Assembly (NCBI GenBank): GCA_964504535.1
Contig: CAZDED010000007.1
Location: 12,353-76,352, forward strand
Length of the DNA stretch: 64,000 nucleotides
Direction of reading: 5' to 3'
Origin: an uncultured Gammaproteobacteria bacterium
GTDB taxonomy: Bacteria; Patescibacteriota; Microgenomatia; Levybacterales; GWA1-39-11
Part shown: positions 28,592 to 37,926 of the stretch, one piece after another
Layout of the letters: every line of letters begins with the position of its first letter
Numbering within the stretch: position 1 is the stretch's first letter
Notes under the pieces: generated by a model
What the model saw: the letters and a program-made list of their open reading frames with translations, nothing else
Told to the model about the DNA's origin: nothing
Database searches by the model: none
Program-made: the position numbers and the translations under genes

Positions 28592-29584
28592 TTGGGATAC
28601 TATAAATGTATGAAAAGAAAAGCTATTTTTCGCATACTTATCCTTCTTGTATTTCTCTCTATAGCAAAAAGTAACATCTTTGCCCAAGAACAATCCTTAA
28701 GTATTTTTCCTCCGGTAATAGAGGTCCAAACCACTCCTCCATCTTCACCTTTAACCCCAATCACTATCCAAAATAATGCAGAAAATGACCTTAAGTTAAA
28801 AATTGAACTTATACCGTTCAAAACAAACAACATTACTGGTGAAATAAGACTAGTTCCAAATGATATTTCTAAAGGTTTTTATCCATACTACCGTGACCGT
28901 ATTCAGTTTTTAGTTGATGGTAAAAAGACAGATACGGTTATTCTAGCACCCCTTGAATCCAAGCAAGTTGAACTCAATATAAATCTAGCAAAAGGCGATC
29001 CTCCCGGTGATTACTATTACTCTATTGTTTTTATCAACCAACAAGAGGCTTCTTCAGGCTCAAGTGTGTCTCAAATGCCGGCAGGAATTGCTACAAATCT
29101 TCTCCTTTCTATCGGACCAAAAGATCAGTCATCAGGATCAATTTCCCAGTTCAAAACATCATCATTTAAAACAAATGGTCCTGTTGATTTTGAGCTTAAA
29201 ATTCACAATTCTAGTAAACATCTTATCAACCCTACGGGATCTATTCAGATTAAAAATCTTTTTGGCCAAACGGTAGGCGCTGTTAAAATCTTGCCTCAGT
29301 ACATACTTGCTGGTTCAGATAGGTTTATGCTTGATGATAAACAAAGCTCGCCTGAGGCTCAACTAGCCTCTCAGCAACTCAACTCTACCCCTAAAGTCAT
29401 ATGGCCGGAAAAATTCTTACTTGGCTGGTACGAGGCAAAGGCTACGATATTACTTGAGGAGGATGGCAGAAAATACACACAATCACTCTACTTCTTTGCC
29501 TTTCCACTTTACCTTTTCTTCCCACTGGTTACAGCAATATTTATTGCACTCAGCGTTTACCTCAGAGTGAAAAAGAAAATATAG
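28592..29584 (+). CDS. DUF916/DUF3324-like cell-surface protein with C-terminal membrane anchor (paralogue of 10908-11906)
   Basis: 330 aa. Signal peptide, PPGDYYYSIVFINQQEA and SIQIKNLFGQTVGA motifs shared with 10908-11906, then a C-terminal TM (LYLFFPLVTAIFIALSVYL) and basic tail RVKKKI. Confidence 0.55.
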   Translation: MGYYKCMKRKAIFRILILLVFLSIAKSNIFAQEQSLSIFPPVIEVQTTPPSSPLTPITIQNNAENDLKLKIELIPFKTNNITGEIRLVPNDISKGFYPYYRDRIQFLVDGKKTDTVILAPLESKQVELNINLAKGDPPGDYYYSIVFINQQEASSGSSVSQMPAGIATNLLLSIGPKDQSSGSISQFKTSSFKTNGPVDFELKIHNSSKHLINPTGSIQIKNLFGQTVGAVKILPQYILAGSDRFMLDDKQSSPEAQLASQQLNSTPKVIWPEKFLLGWYEAKATILLEEDGRKYTQSLYFFAFPLYLFFPLVTAIFIALSVYLRVKKKI

Positions 29585-30274
29585 ATCAGCTTAGAGTGCG
29601 AAAGAATGCCTAAATAACCCCCATAAATACCTTCAAACCAAAGAAGCCTATTTATATTCCTATAGCGACAGCCCATATGTATAACCGGAGTATAAAAAAA
29701 TCAATTTAGATTATGAATAATGGATAATTTAAATTTACAATCCTTATCACTCTATGCTTATAAATGATTTTTACTGTCCGATAATTCTCAAGTTAAGATT
29801 AAGATTGTTCTCTTTTCTCTGATTAATGTATATCCCAATAGTATATTATTTTCACATGACTATTACTTCTTATCTTTCACGAAAAGCTTCCAAAGGAGGC
29901 AATTTTTTTTGTTTGTAACTATCCTAAAGTAATTTTTGAGGCTAATACATCACTTTGATCTACTCTTTTTACCAGATTTTTGTGATTTCAAAAAAAACTT
30001 TTTTGTCCTAAAAATGCCTCAAGCAATTGTTGGTATTTAATGTATCCAAATATAACATAATGCATCACAGCCTCAGAACTACTCTTGACAGCGTGGTATA
30101 AGATTCTTTACTCTGTTTATACCCATGAAAAATATGGCGTGTAAACTATATAATCGGTATAATTTTGAGGCTAAATACACTACTTGCGGTAATAAATTTT
30201 TTTGGTTTTTTGCGTTATTAAATGATAATGAAAATATATCCTCTAGCTTTTCACGATAAATACCCATTCTGCCT

Positions 30275-33200
30275 ATGGAATTACTAGAACTATTCAAAAG
30301 ACAATTAGCATCTACACCTAACACTTCTTCCAAGAATACGATCAAGAATTATGTCTCCGACGTGCGTCATTTTATCTCCTGGTTTGAGGCTGTTACAGCT
30401 TCAAAATTTGAAGCTAGTTCTATCACTCCTGATGTGATTCTTCTCTACCAAAACAGCATGGGAGGCCTCCTTTTGGATGGTCAATTACAAATCAACAGCC
30501 AACTTTCAGCGGCGTCCATGAAAAGACACTTATCCTCAATTCGTAAGTTTTTCACAGTGCTTGAGGGAGAAAATATACTCCGTGAAAACCCTTTTAAAAA
30601 AATTGTCACGGAAGAGACAGTAGAACCGACCGACTATTGGCACCTAAAGTCATTCAGGGATTATCTGATGATGGGAAAGGCATCAAAGATCACTGTCAAG
30701 AATTATCTATCAGACATTTCGGGCTTTGCACGTTGGTATGAAGAAGCGGTTCTTCCAACTGTAGAAAATCCGGTAAGTTCAAATCAGGGATTTTATCTTA
30801 TTACTCAAGCAATTGTTGAGGATTATAGAAAAAGACTTGTTGAAATCCAAAATGCTGCTCCTAGAACTATCAACAGAAAACTCTCAGCTCTAAGACGTTA
30901 TTTGGAATTTGCTACAAAAAAAGGTTTTATCACAAATCGGGAGATAAATATAAGCTCGGTTGAAGCTGAAATCGCTCAAGAGGTTCAGGATCTACCGAAA
31001 GTTCCCCTATCTGAAATATCCACACAACTAACTCCACAGAAGCGAATGTATTCAAAAATACCACCGGTTCGATTAGTTCAAAAACTATTTGTTAACCCCT
31101 ATCTTCTCCTCGAAGAAGGTGCTGCCAATGCAATAACTACCTTTCTCATCGGTAAAAAAGTGACAGGCATTGCAAATCTTCCTCAGAAATTATCTGCTCA
31201 AATTGTCGCTAAAAATGCTCTTAGGGTTCAAAATCAAGGATTAAGCACTCTTCTTAGCGTAAGAAATATAGAGAAAGAATTCTATGCCCCAGAAAAAATT
31301 TCTCTCTCAGGTCTTCCCATACACCAAAAACTGTTCCATCATGTCAGATTTAATAGACCTAATTGGTATAAAAGATATCATAACTATGCATTTGTTCATT
31401 ACATCCACTTCGCTCTCCTTGTTATTTTTGCATCAGGTGTAGGAGTTGCTTTATATCAAAATTTAGTTGTCCAAAAACAAACACCAACCTTTGCCGCCGC
31501 TACTGCTCCACCGAGAATTTTGTCTTTTCAGGGAAGACTTACCGATGCACTCGACAATCCAATTACCTCACCTCAACCAGTGAGGTTCATGATTTATAAC
31601 AGCCTTGCTGCAACTGGAGCTGCAGAGCTTTGGGAAGAGACAAGGACAATTTCTCCCGACCAGGATGGTATATTTTCTGTACTTTTGGGTAGCGACTCAA
31701 CTGGTGCTAACGCGTCATCCTGCGGATCATTCCCGCCAGGAAGTCCATATAATACTGCTTGTCTTATCCCTTCAACGGTATTTTCAGACAATAGCCAAAT
31801 TTGGCTTGGAGTTACTATTGCCAATAGCACTGAGCTTGCACCTCGTCAAAAAATAGCTACCGTCGGATACGCTAGCAATTCAGAATTCCTTCAAGGGTTA
31901 CCACCAACTTCAGCAGTCAGTAGCTTTGTAAATGCAGTTCTTGCACTTGACAGTACTGGAAGTTTTAACCTAAATGATGGAATTGAACATACATTTCAGG
32001 TAAGTAACGGCACCCTCACCCTAAAAGCTCAAACCCTAAATTTAACTACTAGTCTTGGTACAAATGGTAATATAATCTTGAATCCTGAGGGATCAGGTAA
32101 GGTCGACATTCAAAAACCTATTATCAACAATTCAAATACCGGCAATCTTGTGCCTGGTGGGGTTGAGATTAATGATAAGTTTGGAGTCCTTGCTACCGAA
32201 TCAGCAGTAGCTGCTTTTATAGTAAATAACAATACCACAGGTGGTGATATTTTTGCAGCCTCATCTTCAGGTACAACGAGATTCAAAATTGCAAATGATG
32301 GATCAATCACCTCAGGCTTTTATACCGGTCAAAATGCAGTGCTCTATGGCACTCAAACAACAGGAGTGATAGGTCAAGTAACTACCGCTTCAACGGGACT
32401 TTGCCTTCAATCCGGAGCTTCCCTCCCTACCTGGGGAACATGCGGAACCAGCTACTGGAATCTCACTACTGACAATGGTGCACTAACCCCATTCAGTAGC
32501 ACACTTGACTTGCTTATTGGCGGTCAATCAACAGCTTCTGCTAAATTTGCTTTCATCAATAATGCTTCAGGGTCACCTACCGCTTCGATATCTGGCAATT
32601 TATCAATTGCAGTGCCAACTGGAGCCAATGGGGCAAATCTTTTCAATATCTTTAACGGGGGAAGCCTTAACTTTCAAACCTCAGGAGGTGGTAACGCTGG
32701 CCTTACTTCCCGTCTCTTTATAGCAAATGACGGCAGAATCGGCATCGGAACTACGAGCCCATTTAGTAGAAATGCTTTAGATATCAGGGGATTAAGTGGA
32801 ACATCTTCAACAGCTTCTATCTCTGCTACTTCTTCATATGCAACTCTCGTTGTTGATAATGCAGGCAGTGGGGATCTTATAGCAGCGAGCGCCTCTGGAG
32901 TTCCCAACTTTGTAGTCAAAAATAATGGAGACATAATTGTTGGACCTGGTGGTGGAGGAAAAATTACGGCAGCTATCATTGACCCATATCTTATTCAAAA
33001 TCAAAAAACAACAGGAATCCAAAGCCTCACTTTCCAAACCCTAGGTGCTTCAAATGCTGATTTTGTCTTTCAGAATACAAGCACAACCCTCTCAACACTG
33101 ACAATGGCAGGTCAATTCCAATTGCCAATAACCGGATCTACTGGTGGAATTGTACTAGGTGGTGATACTCAATTATTTAGGGGGGCTGCTGACAGAATTG

Positions 33201-36200
33201 ACATTGCGGCAAATGACTCTCTTAACTTTCTTTCTGGATCTGGAGGATTACTAACTAATGGAACAACAAGGATAGATGCATCGGGTAATGGGACATTTGC
33301 AAATATTAATATTACTGGTACATGCACAGGATGTATAACTACTGGAAATTCTCCTTTCTATGTGTCAGAGGGTACGATTGTCCCAGGTAATACAACTGAA
33401 GACTTTATATTGGGAGGAACAGCATCAAGTAGTGCCCGATTTATTGTAAATGGCCTTGCAACAGGAATTGCACCAACTGCATCGATATCTGCTACTAATG
33501 GTAACGGAATATATCTTTCAGCACAAAATAGTACAGTCCAAACACTCAGGAATAACACACTGTCAATTGGAGGAAATACAACCGGTGCCGTAGCTATCAA
33601 TCCACTAGCCACAAATTTTACTGGTGTTGGCACCTCTAACCCGATGGCCTCGCTGGATATCAGAGGTTCGCTCGGCATTATTGGTGGAGGGACACTTGCA
33701 GTTGCTTCAATTTCTGGTAGAACATCATATGCAGCACTAGCTATAGACAACTTAAATACCGCAGGTGACCTGTTCACCGCTTCGTCTTCCTCGAATATGC
33801 AATTCGTGATCAAAAACAACGGATTTGTTGGCTTTGCAACAGCCGCCCCTACTGCCCGACTTGACGTCAATGGTTCGGCCTCAATTTCTAGTGCGCTAAC
33901 ATTTAGAACTGGCTCCGGAACTATTCAAACTTCAGCTAGCAATTCTCTTACTATAGGGGGCAATACAACTGGTTTTATAACAATCGATTCAGGCTCAGGA
34001 CTTGTGAATATTTTAGACAATACTAATATATCGGGTGCACTCACCGGCCTTACAGGGCTGACTCTAGCCAGTGGGGGCATAACATTAGGGGGAACAGTTG
34101 GTACAGGTACTCAATGTCTCCTTGGTGGTGCAACAGCCTCATGGGGCTCTTGTGGTAGCGGCGGAACCTCTCCCTTCCAATATACTACCTCGCCTACTGG
34201 TGCCATAATACCTATTAATTCTACCGTAGATTTTCTCATTGGTGGACAAGCAACCGAAAGTGCAAAATTTTCCATTCTCAATATAGCTGGAGGAACACCT
34301 ACGGCCTCAATTTCAGCTAATTCAGGTAATAATGCTGTCTATCTAACAGGAGATGGTACACTTGCAACAACAAATAGGCGTACGTTGACTATAGGCAATT
34401 CCTCAACATATGACACAACAGGAAATGTCCTGATCAACCCTAACGGAACAGGAAATGTTGGCATAGGCACAAATACATCAACTGTAAAACTAGAAATAGT
34501 TGATAATAATGGTACGGGAGGAATATTATTAAACGGACCCGTTAACGATACAGCCAACATTAGGTTTAGAAATACTAATCAGACTCCAAGCGATTTTAAT
34601 ATTGATTATGCAGGAGCAACTCTCAGATTTTTTACTGAAACAGGACTTGGCACTGGTGGAGTTTATAGAGGCGGGATTACGAATAATGGGCTCTTTGGAC
34701 TTGGAGTATCAGTACCGAGCTCCGAACTTCATGTATCGCGTCTTCTTACCCAACAAACCGCAACTGGTAAGGCCTTAGTACTATTTGATCAAAATGAAAA
34801 TCAAGATATTTTCACCGCTTCAGCATCAGGCACAACACGCTTTGTAATCCAGAACGATGGAGACGTTGGCATTGGAACCGATAGCCCACTAGCACCCCTT
34901 CATTTATCCGGATCTTCCCGTTCTATTTACCTGTCGGATGCTGGTCAATCCATAAGCTCCCAATGGTTCCTTTCTCCTGGTGCCAATAACTACCTTAATG
35001 GTACTGCTGCTGGCGATGGAGGAATAAAATTTCATTCAACTACTGGCTCCTTCGTAATAGGCCGAGATACAGGCAGTGTTGAATTTAAAATAACAAACAC
35101 TGGGAATCTAGGACTCGGAACGTACTATTCCCCCACAGGTGTTAATCCAACAGCAAAATTACAAGTATATTCTCTTGGCACCACCCCAGTAGCCTCAATT
35201 TCCGGTAAGACTTCTGGTCCTACTCTACTTCTATCAAATGATGGAACTGGTGATATTCTAGCTGCTTCAGTATCAGGAGTTCAAAAGTTCAGGATCAATG
35301 CTGCAGGAGATCTTATTGTTGGAGACGGATCAGGCAAGATATATGGTGGAGGATTTGATCCACTATTCACAATCGATGGCAAGAAATTCTCTACATACGC
35401 TTCTGGTATTAACGGTATGAAGGAAGAATATATCGGTAGTGCAAATCTTGCTTATGATGCAGCTGCTGGTGGGTACGCATATACTCTGGACTTCAACAAT
35501 TTTGAGTACGGCAGTGAATTGTGGACCTTCTCCCGTGTAATTGACCCTGATCTGACGAAAGTCAATGTCCTTCTCACCCCCACCTCACAGGCAAGGACAT
35601 GGTTCCGCCGTGACCCAGTCAACAGAAAACTCATACTTTATTCCGACCGCCCAACCAGTGTTACATTTAGGTTCACTGCTCCCCGCTTTGACTATGCTCT
35701 GTATCCATCTTCAAATCATTCCCATGATATTGCTGGTTTACAAGCACCAGTAGCACCAAACACTATCGGAACTGGCGAGGCTGATCCAATGGATTCTTTC
35801 CTTGCTTCCCTCTCAATTCAGTTCAATAATGGTCTATTTGTAGTATTGGATGGATTTGGCAACATGGTTCACCGGGTCGATGGATTCTCAAATCTCATCG
35901 CAGCAAATCTTGAAGCTGGTTTTATTCATACAAGAAATCTAGCAGCAGACACTTTGTCAGCTGGAAGTGCTTCACTTGGCAACGCAACCGCAAATACTTT
36001 TGCCGTTGCTGCAAATACAATCACAATTGGTGGAAAAGACATCAGACAATTTATCATAGATACTGTCACAGCAGCAGGATTTGGCCAAAATACAATCATT
36101 TCACCGTTAGCAGAAGTTGAAACGATAAAAACAAACACCATTCGTCCTCTAGCCGACGGTGGGGATATAACTGTAAAAGGAAAACTCATTACTGAGTCAG

Positions 36201-37177
36201 ATAAATCAGCTACTGATAGTGCTAGTATCTCACTTGACGTGAGAGGATCAGCTTCCATATCAGGCAATCTCACTGTAAACAATATACAAACCAATAATGC
36301 AACTCTTGCAGGATCTCTTACAACAACAAATGCCTCAATAAGTGGCACCCTTGCCGCAAGGGATATCAACGTTAATCAGCTTCAAATCCGTGATAATCTT
36401 AAGGTAGGCACTGTACGGGCAGATTTTGGAATATTTGAACAAGGAATAACCTCAATGGGGCCTGTAACTGCAAATATCTTAACCGCAACAGACCAATTAG
36501 CGGTAGGCAGCAACTTCACCATCTCAAATAATGCGATAAATACCGTAGGAACAGATCTTGCTATCCAGTCTTTGAGGCAAGGAGATATCGCATTTCAAGG
36601 TGGGCTTATCCGAATGGACACGGATGGCAATATGACAGTTAATGGTAATTTCAATCTTCTCGGGGAAATTGATGCAGTTCATGGAGTATTTAGCGGTACA
36701 CTCACTACCCCTGCCTTGGCAACCGACCTTATCTCACCGGTTGCGGATTCAAATATCTCCCTTTCATTCAAAGATTCTAAATTCAATATTCAGAATTCCA
36801 AAACTGCTACTGGAAGCGCTGTTCTTTCTATAGACAATAAAGGGAACATCCAGTCATCAGGATCTGCAACATTTGCAAAACTCAACTTCAATCTGGTTGG
36901 GAAGGCTGAGGCTACTAGCCTTACCGAAGCTGTTGCAACGGGAAGCGCTGGATTTGCTACGTTAAGAGCGGGACAACCAGAACTAACTATAAAGAACAGG
37001 ATCATCACACCAAAATCATTGATCTATATCACACCATTTGGAAATACTGACAACAAAGTCCTTTACCTGCTCCGTCAAATACCTGACTCTGACACCGAAG
37101 ATGGGTCATTTACAATAGGGATTTCTGGCCAAGTTCCAAATCATGATATACAATTTAACTGGTTGGTTGTGAATTAA
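30275..37177 (+). CDS. giant (2300 aa) membrane-anchored surface protein: two tandem integrase SAM-like N-terminal domains, one TM, tail-fibre-like repeat ectodomain
   Basis: Residues ~1-120 and ~135-235 each look like the XerC/D-type core-binding domain (KNYVSDVRHFISWF...SMKRHLSSIRKFF; VKNYLSDISGFARWY...INRKLSALRRYLEF). A TM helix follows (FVHYIHFALLVIFASGVGVALY). About 1900 aa of Gly/Thr/Ser-rich repeats carry recurring GIGTTSP..L.V-type motifs known from tail-fibre-like beta-helical proteins. Confidence 0.8.
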   Translation: MELLELFKRQLASTPNTSSKNTIKNYVSDVRHFISWFEAVTASKFEASSITPDVILLYQNSMGGLLLDGQLQINSQLSAASMKRHLSSIRKFFTVLEGENILRENPFKKIVTEETVEPTDYWHLKSFRDYLMMGKASKITVKNYLSDISGFARWYEEAVLPTVENPVSSNQGFYLITQAIVEDYRKRLVEIQNAAPRTINRKLSALRRYLEFATKKGFITNREINISSVEAEIAQEVQDLPKVPLSEISTQLTPQKRMYSKIPPVRLVQKLFVNPYLLLEEGAANAITTFLIGKKVTGIANLPQKLSAQIVAKNALRVQNQGLSTLLSVRNIEKEFYAPEKISLSGLPIHQKLFHHVRFNRPNWYKRYHNYAFVHYIHFALLVIFASGVGVALYQNLVVQKQTPTFAAATAPPRILSFQGRLTDALDNPITSPQPVRFMIYNSLAATGAAELWEETRTISPDQDGIFSVLLGSDSTGANASSCGSFPPGSPYNTACLIPSTVFSDNSQIWLGVTIANSTELAPRQKIATVGYASNSEFLQGLPPTSAVSSFVNAVLALDSTGSFNLNDGIEHTFQVSNGTLTLKAQTLNLTTSLGTNGNIILNPEGSGKVDIQKPIINNSNTGNLVPGGVEINDKFGVLATESAVAAFIVNNNTTGGDIFAASSSGTTRFKIANDGSITSGFYTGQNAVLYGTQTTGVIGQVTTASTGLCLQSGASLPTWGTCGTSYWNLTTDNGALTPFSSTLDLLIGGQSTASAKFAFINNASGSPTASISGNLSIAVPTGANGANLFNIFNGGSLNFQTSGGGNAGLTSRLFIANDGRIGIGTTSPFSRNALDIRGLSGTSSTASISATSSYATLVVDNAGSGDLIAASASGVPNFVVKNNGDIIVGPGGGGKITAAIIDPYLIQNQKTTGIQSLTFQTLGASNADFVFQNTSTTLSTLTMAGQFQLPITGSTGGIVLGGDTQLFRGAADRIDIAANDSLNFLSGSGGLLTNGTTRIDASGNGTFANINITGTCTGCITTGNSPFYVSEGTIVPGNTTEDFILGGTASSSARFIVNGLATGIAPTASISATNGNGIYLSAQNSTVQTLRNNTLSIGGNTTGAVAINPLATNFTGVGTSNPMASLDIRGSLGIIGGGTLAVASISGRTSYAALAIDNLNTAGDLFTASSSSNMQFVIKNNGFVGFATAAPTARLDVNGSASISSALTFRTGSGTIQTSASNSLTIGGNTTGFITIDSGSGLVNILDNTNISGALTGLTGLTLASGGITLGGTVGTGTQCLLGGATASWGSCGSGGTSPFQYTTSPTGAIIPINSTVDFLIGGQATESAKFSILNIAGGTPTASISANSGNNAVYLTGDGTLATTNRRTLTIGNSSTYDTTGNVLINPNGTGNVGIGTNTSTVKLEIVDNNGTGGILLNGPVNDTANIRFRNTNQTPSDFNIDYAGATLRFFTETGLGTGGVYRGGITNNGLFGLGVSVPSSELHVSRLLTQQTATGKALVLFDQNENQDIFTASASGTTRFVIQNDGDVGIGTDSPLAPLHLSGSSRSIYLSDAGQSISSQWFLSPGANNYLNGTAAGDGGIKFHSTTGSFVIGRDTGSVEFKITNTGNLGLGTYYSPTGVNPTAKLQVYSLGTTPVASISGKTSGPTLLLSNDGTGDILAASVSGVQKFRINAAGDLIVGDGSGKIYGGGFDPLFTIDGKKFSTYASGINGMKEEYIGSANLAYDAAAGGYAYTLDFNNFEYGSELWTFSRVIDPDLTKVNVLLTPTSQARTWFRRDPVNRKLILYSDRPTSVTFRFTAPRFDYALYPSSNHSHDIAGLQAPVAPNTIGTGEADPMDSFLASLSIQFNNGLFVVLDGFGNMVHRVDGFSNLIAANLEAGFIHTRNLAADTLSAGSASLGNATANTFAVAANTITIGGKDIRQFIIDTVTAAGFGQNTIISPLAEVETIKTNTIRPLADGGDITVKGKLITESDKSATDSASISLDVRGSASISGNLTVNNIQTNNATLAGSLTTTNASISGTLAARDINVNQLQIRDNLKVGTVRADFGIFEQGITSMGPVTANILTATDQLAVGSNFTISNNAINTVGTDLAIQSLRQGDIAFQGGLIRMDTDGNMTVNGNFNLLGEIDAVHGVFSGTLTTPALATDLISPVADSNISLSFKDSKFNIQNSKTATGSAVLSIDNKGNIQSSGSATFAKLNFNLVGKAEATSLTEAVATGSAGFATLRAGQPELTIKNRIITPKSLIYITPFGNTDNKVLYLLRQIPDSDTEDGSFTIGISGQVPNHDIQFNWLVVN

Positions 37178-37224
37178 GAGAAAAGAGCTTGACAAGCACA
37201 AAAAAATGGGCGTAATATTAAGAT

Positions 37225-37887
37225 ATGGACCCTAATCAATCTGCCAATTCTGTTCCTCCAAGGAAAGTACCACATCTACCCATATCAGAAGCTGAAAGTC
37301 ACCCGGAGATATATCAAGACGATCTTTCAAGTTCAAAGAATGCCCTTCTCACACTGGCTTCTTTACTAATTCTTGTCGGGATTATCGGAATTACTCTTTG
37401 GCTCTATATTCAGAATAAAACTGGAATTCAAGTTACATACCAATCAAAAAAAGAAGATACTAATAAAAGCTCTTCCAATATTCAAAAAAACCAAGCAACT
37501 TCTATTAACACCATGAGAAGTAAAGAGCTTATAAATAAGTATGGAACTGTTTGCAAAAGGTTTACAATACTTGAGGATGCCCTTAAAACTCCAGAAATCG
37601 TCTGTACGCTAGACTTATCAAATCAGGGTCTCAAAAGCCTAACAAAAGAGATTGGACAGTTCAAACAATTACATACCATAATATTGTCAAACAATAACTT
37701 GGAAATCTTTCCAAAAGAACTATACAGTTTATCTTCTTTAATAAGTATAGACTTCAGAAATAATCAACTAACAGAAAATCCGGATTTCAACAAATTTCCA
37801 AATCTTCAGTCTATAGAGCTTTCGGGAAATAAAATTTCTGAGAAAATTACAATTAAACGATTCCCTCCTCTAGTCATACAGTATTAA
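37225..37887 (+). CDS. leucine-rich-repeat protein with N-terminal TM
   Basis: 220 aa. One TM, then LRRs (LDLSNQGLKSL, LSNNNLEIFPKEL, DFRNNQLTENPD, LSGNKISEK). Confidence 0.55.
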   Translation: MDPNQSANSVPPRKVPHLPISEAESHPEIYQDDLSSSKNALLTLASLLILVGIIGITLWLYIQNKTGIQVTYQSKKEDTNKSSSNIQKNQATSINTMRSKELINKYGTVCKRFTILEDALKTPEIVCTLDLSNQGLKSLTKEIGQFKQLHTIILSNNNLEIFPKELYSLSSLISIDFRNNQLTENPDFNKFPNLQSIELSGNKISEKITIKRFPPLVIQY

Positions 37888-37926
37888 GAAAAAACAGTAT
37901 CGCTACGCTTTTGACTCTTAAATCTC

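Noticed and set aside
30079-30345. 88-aa minus-strand ORF overlapping the start of the giant gene
   Set aside because: It overlaps the giant gene's start codon region and AT-rich leader. No supporting features.
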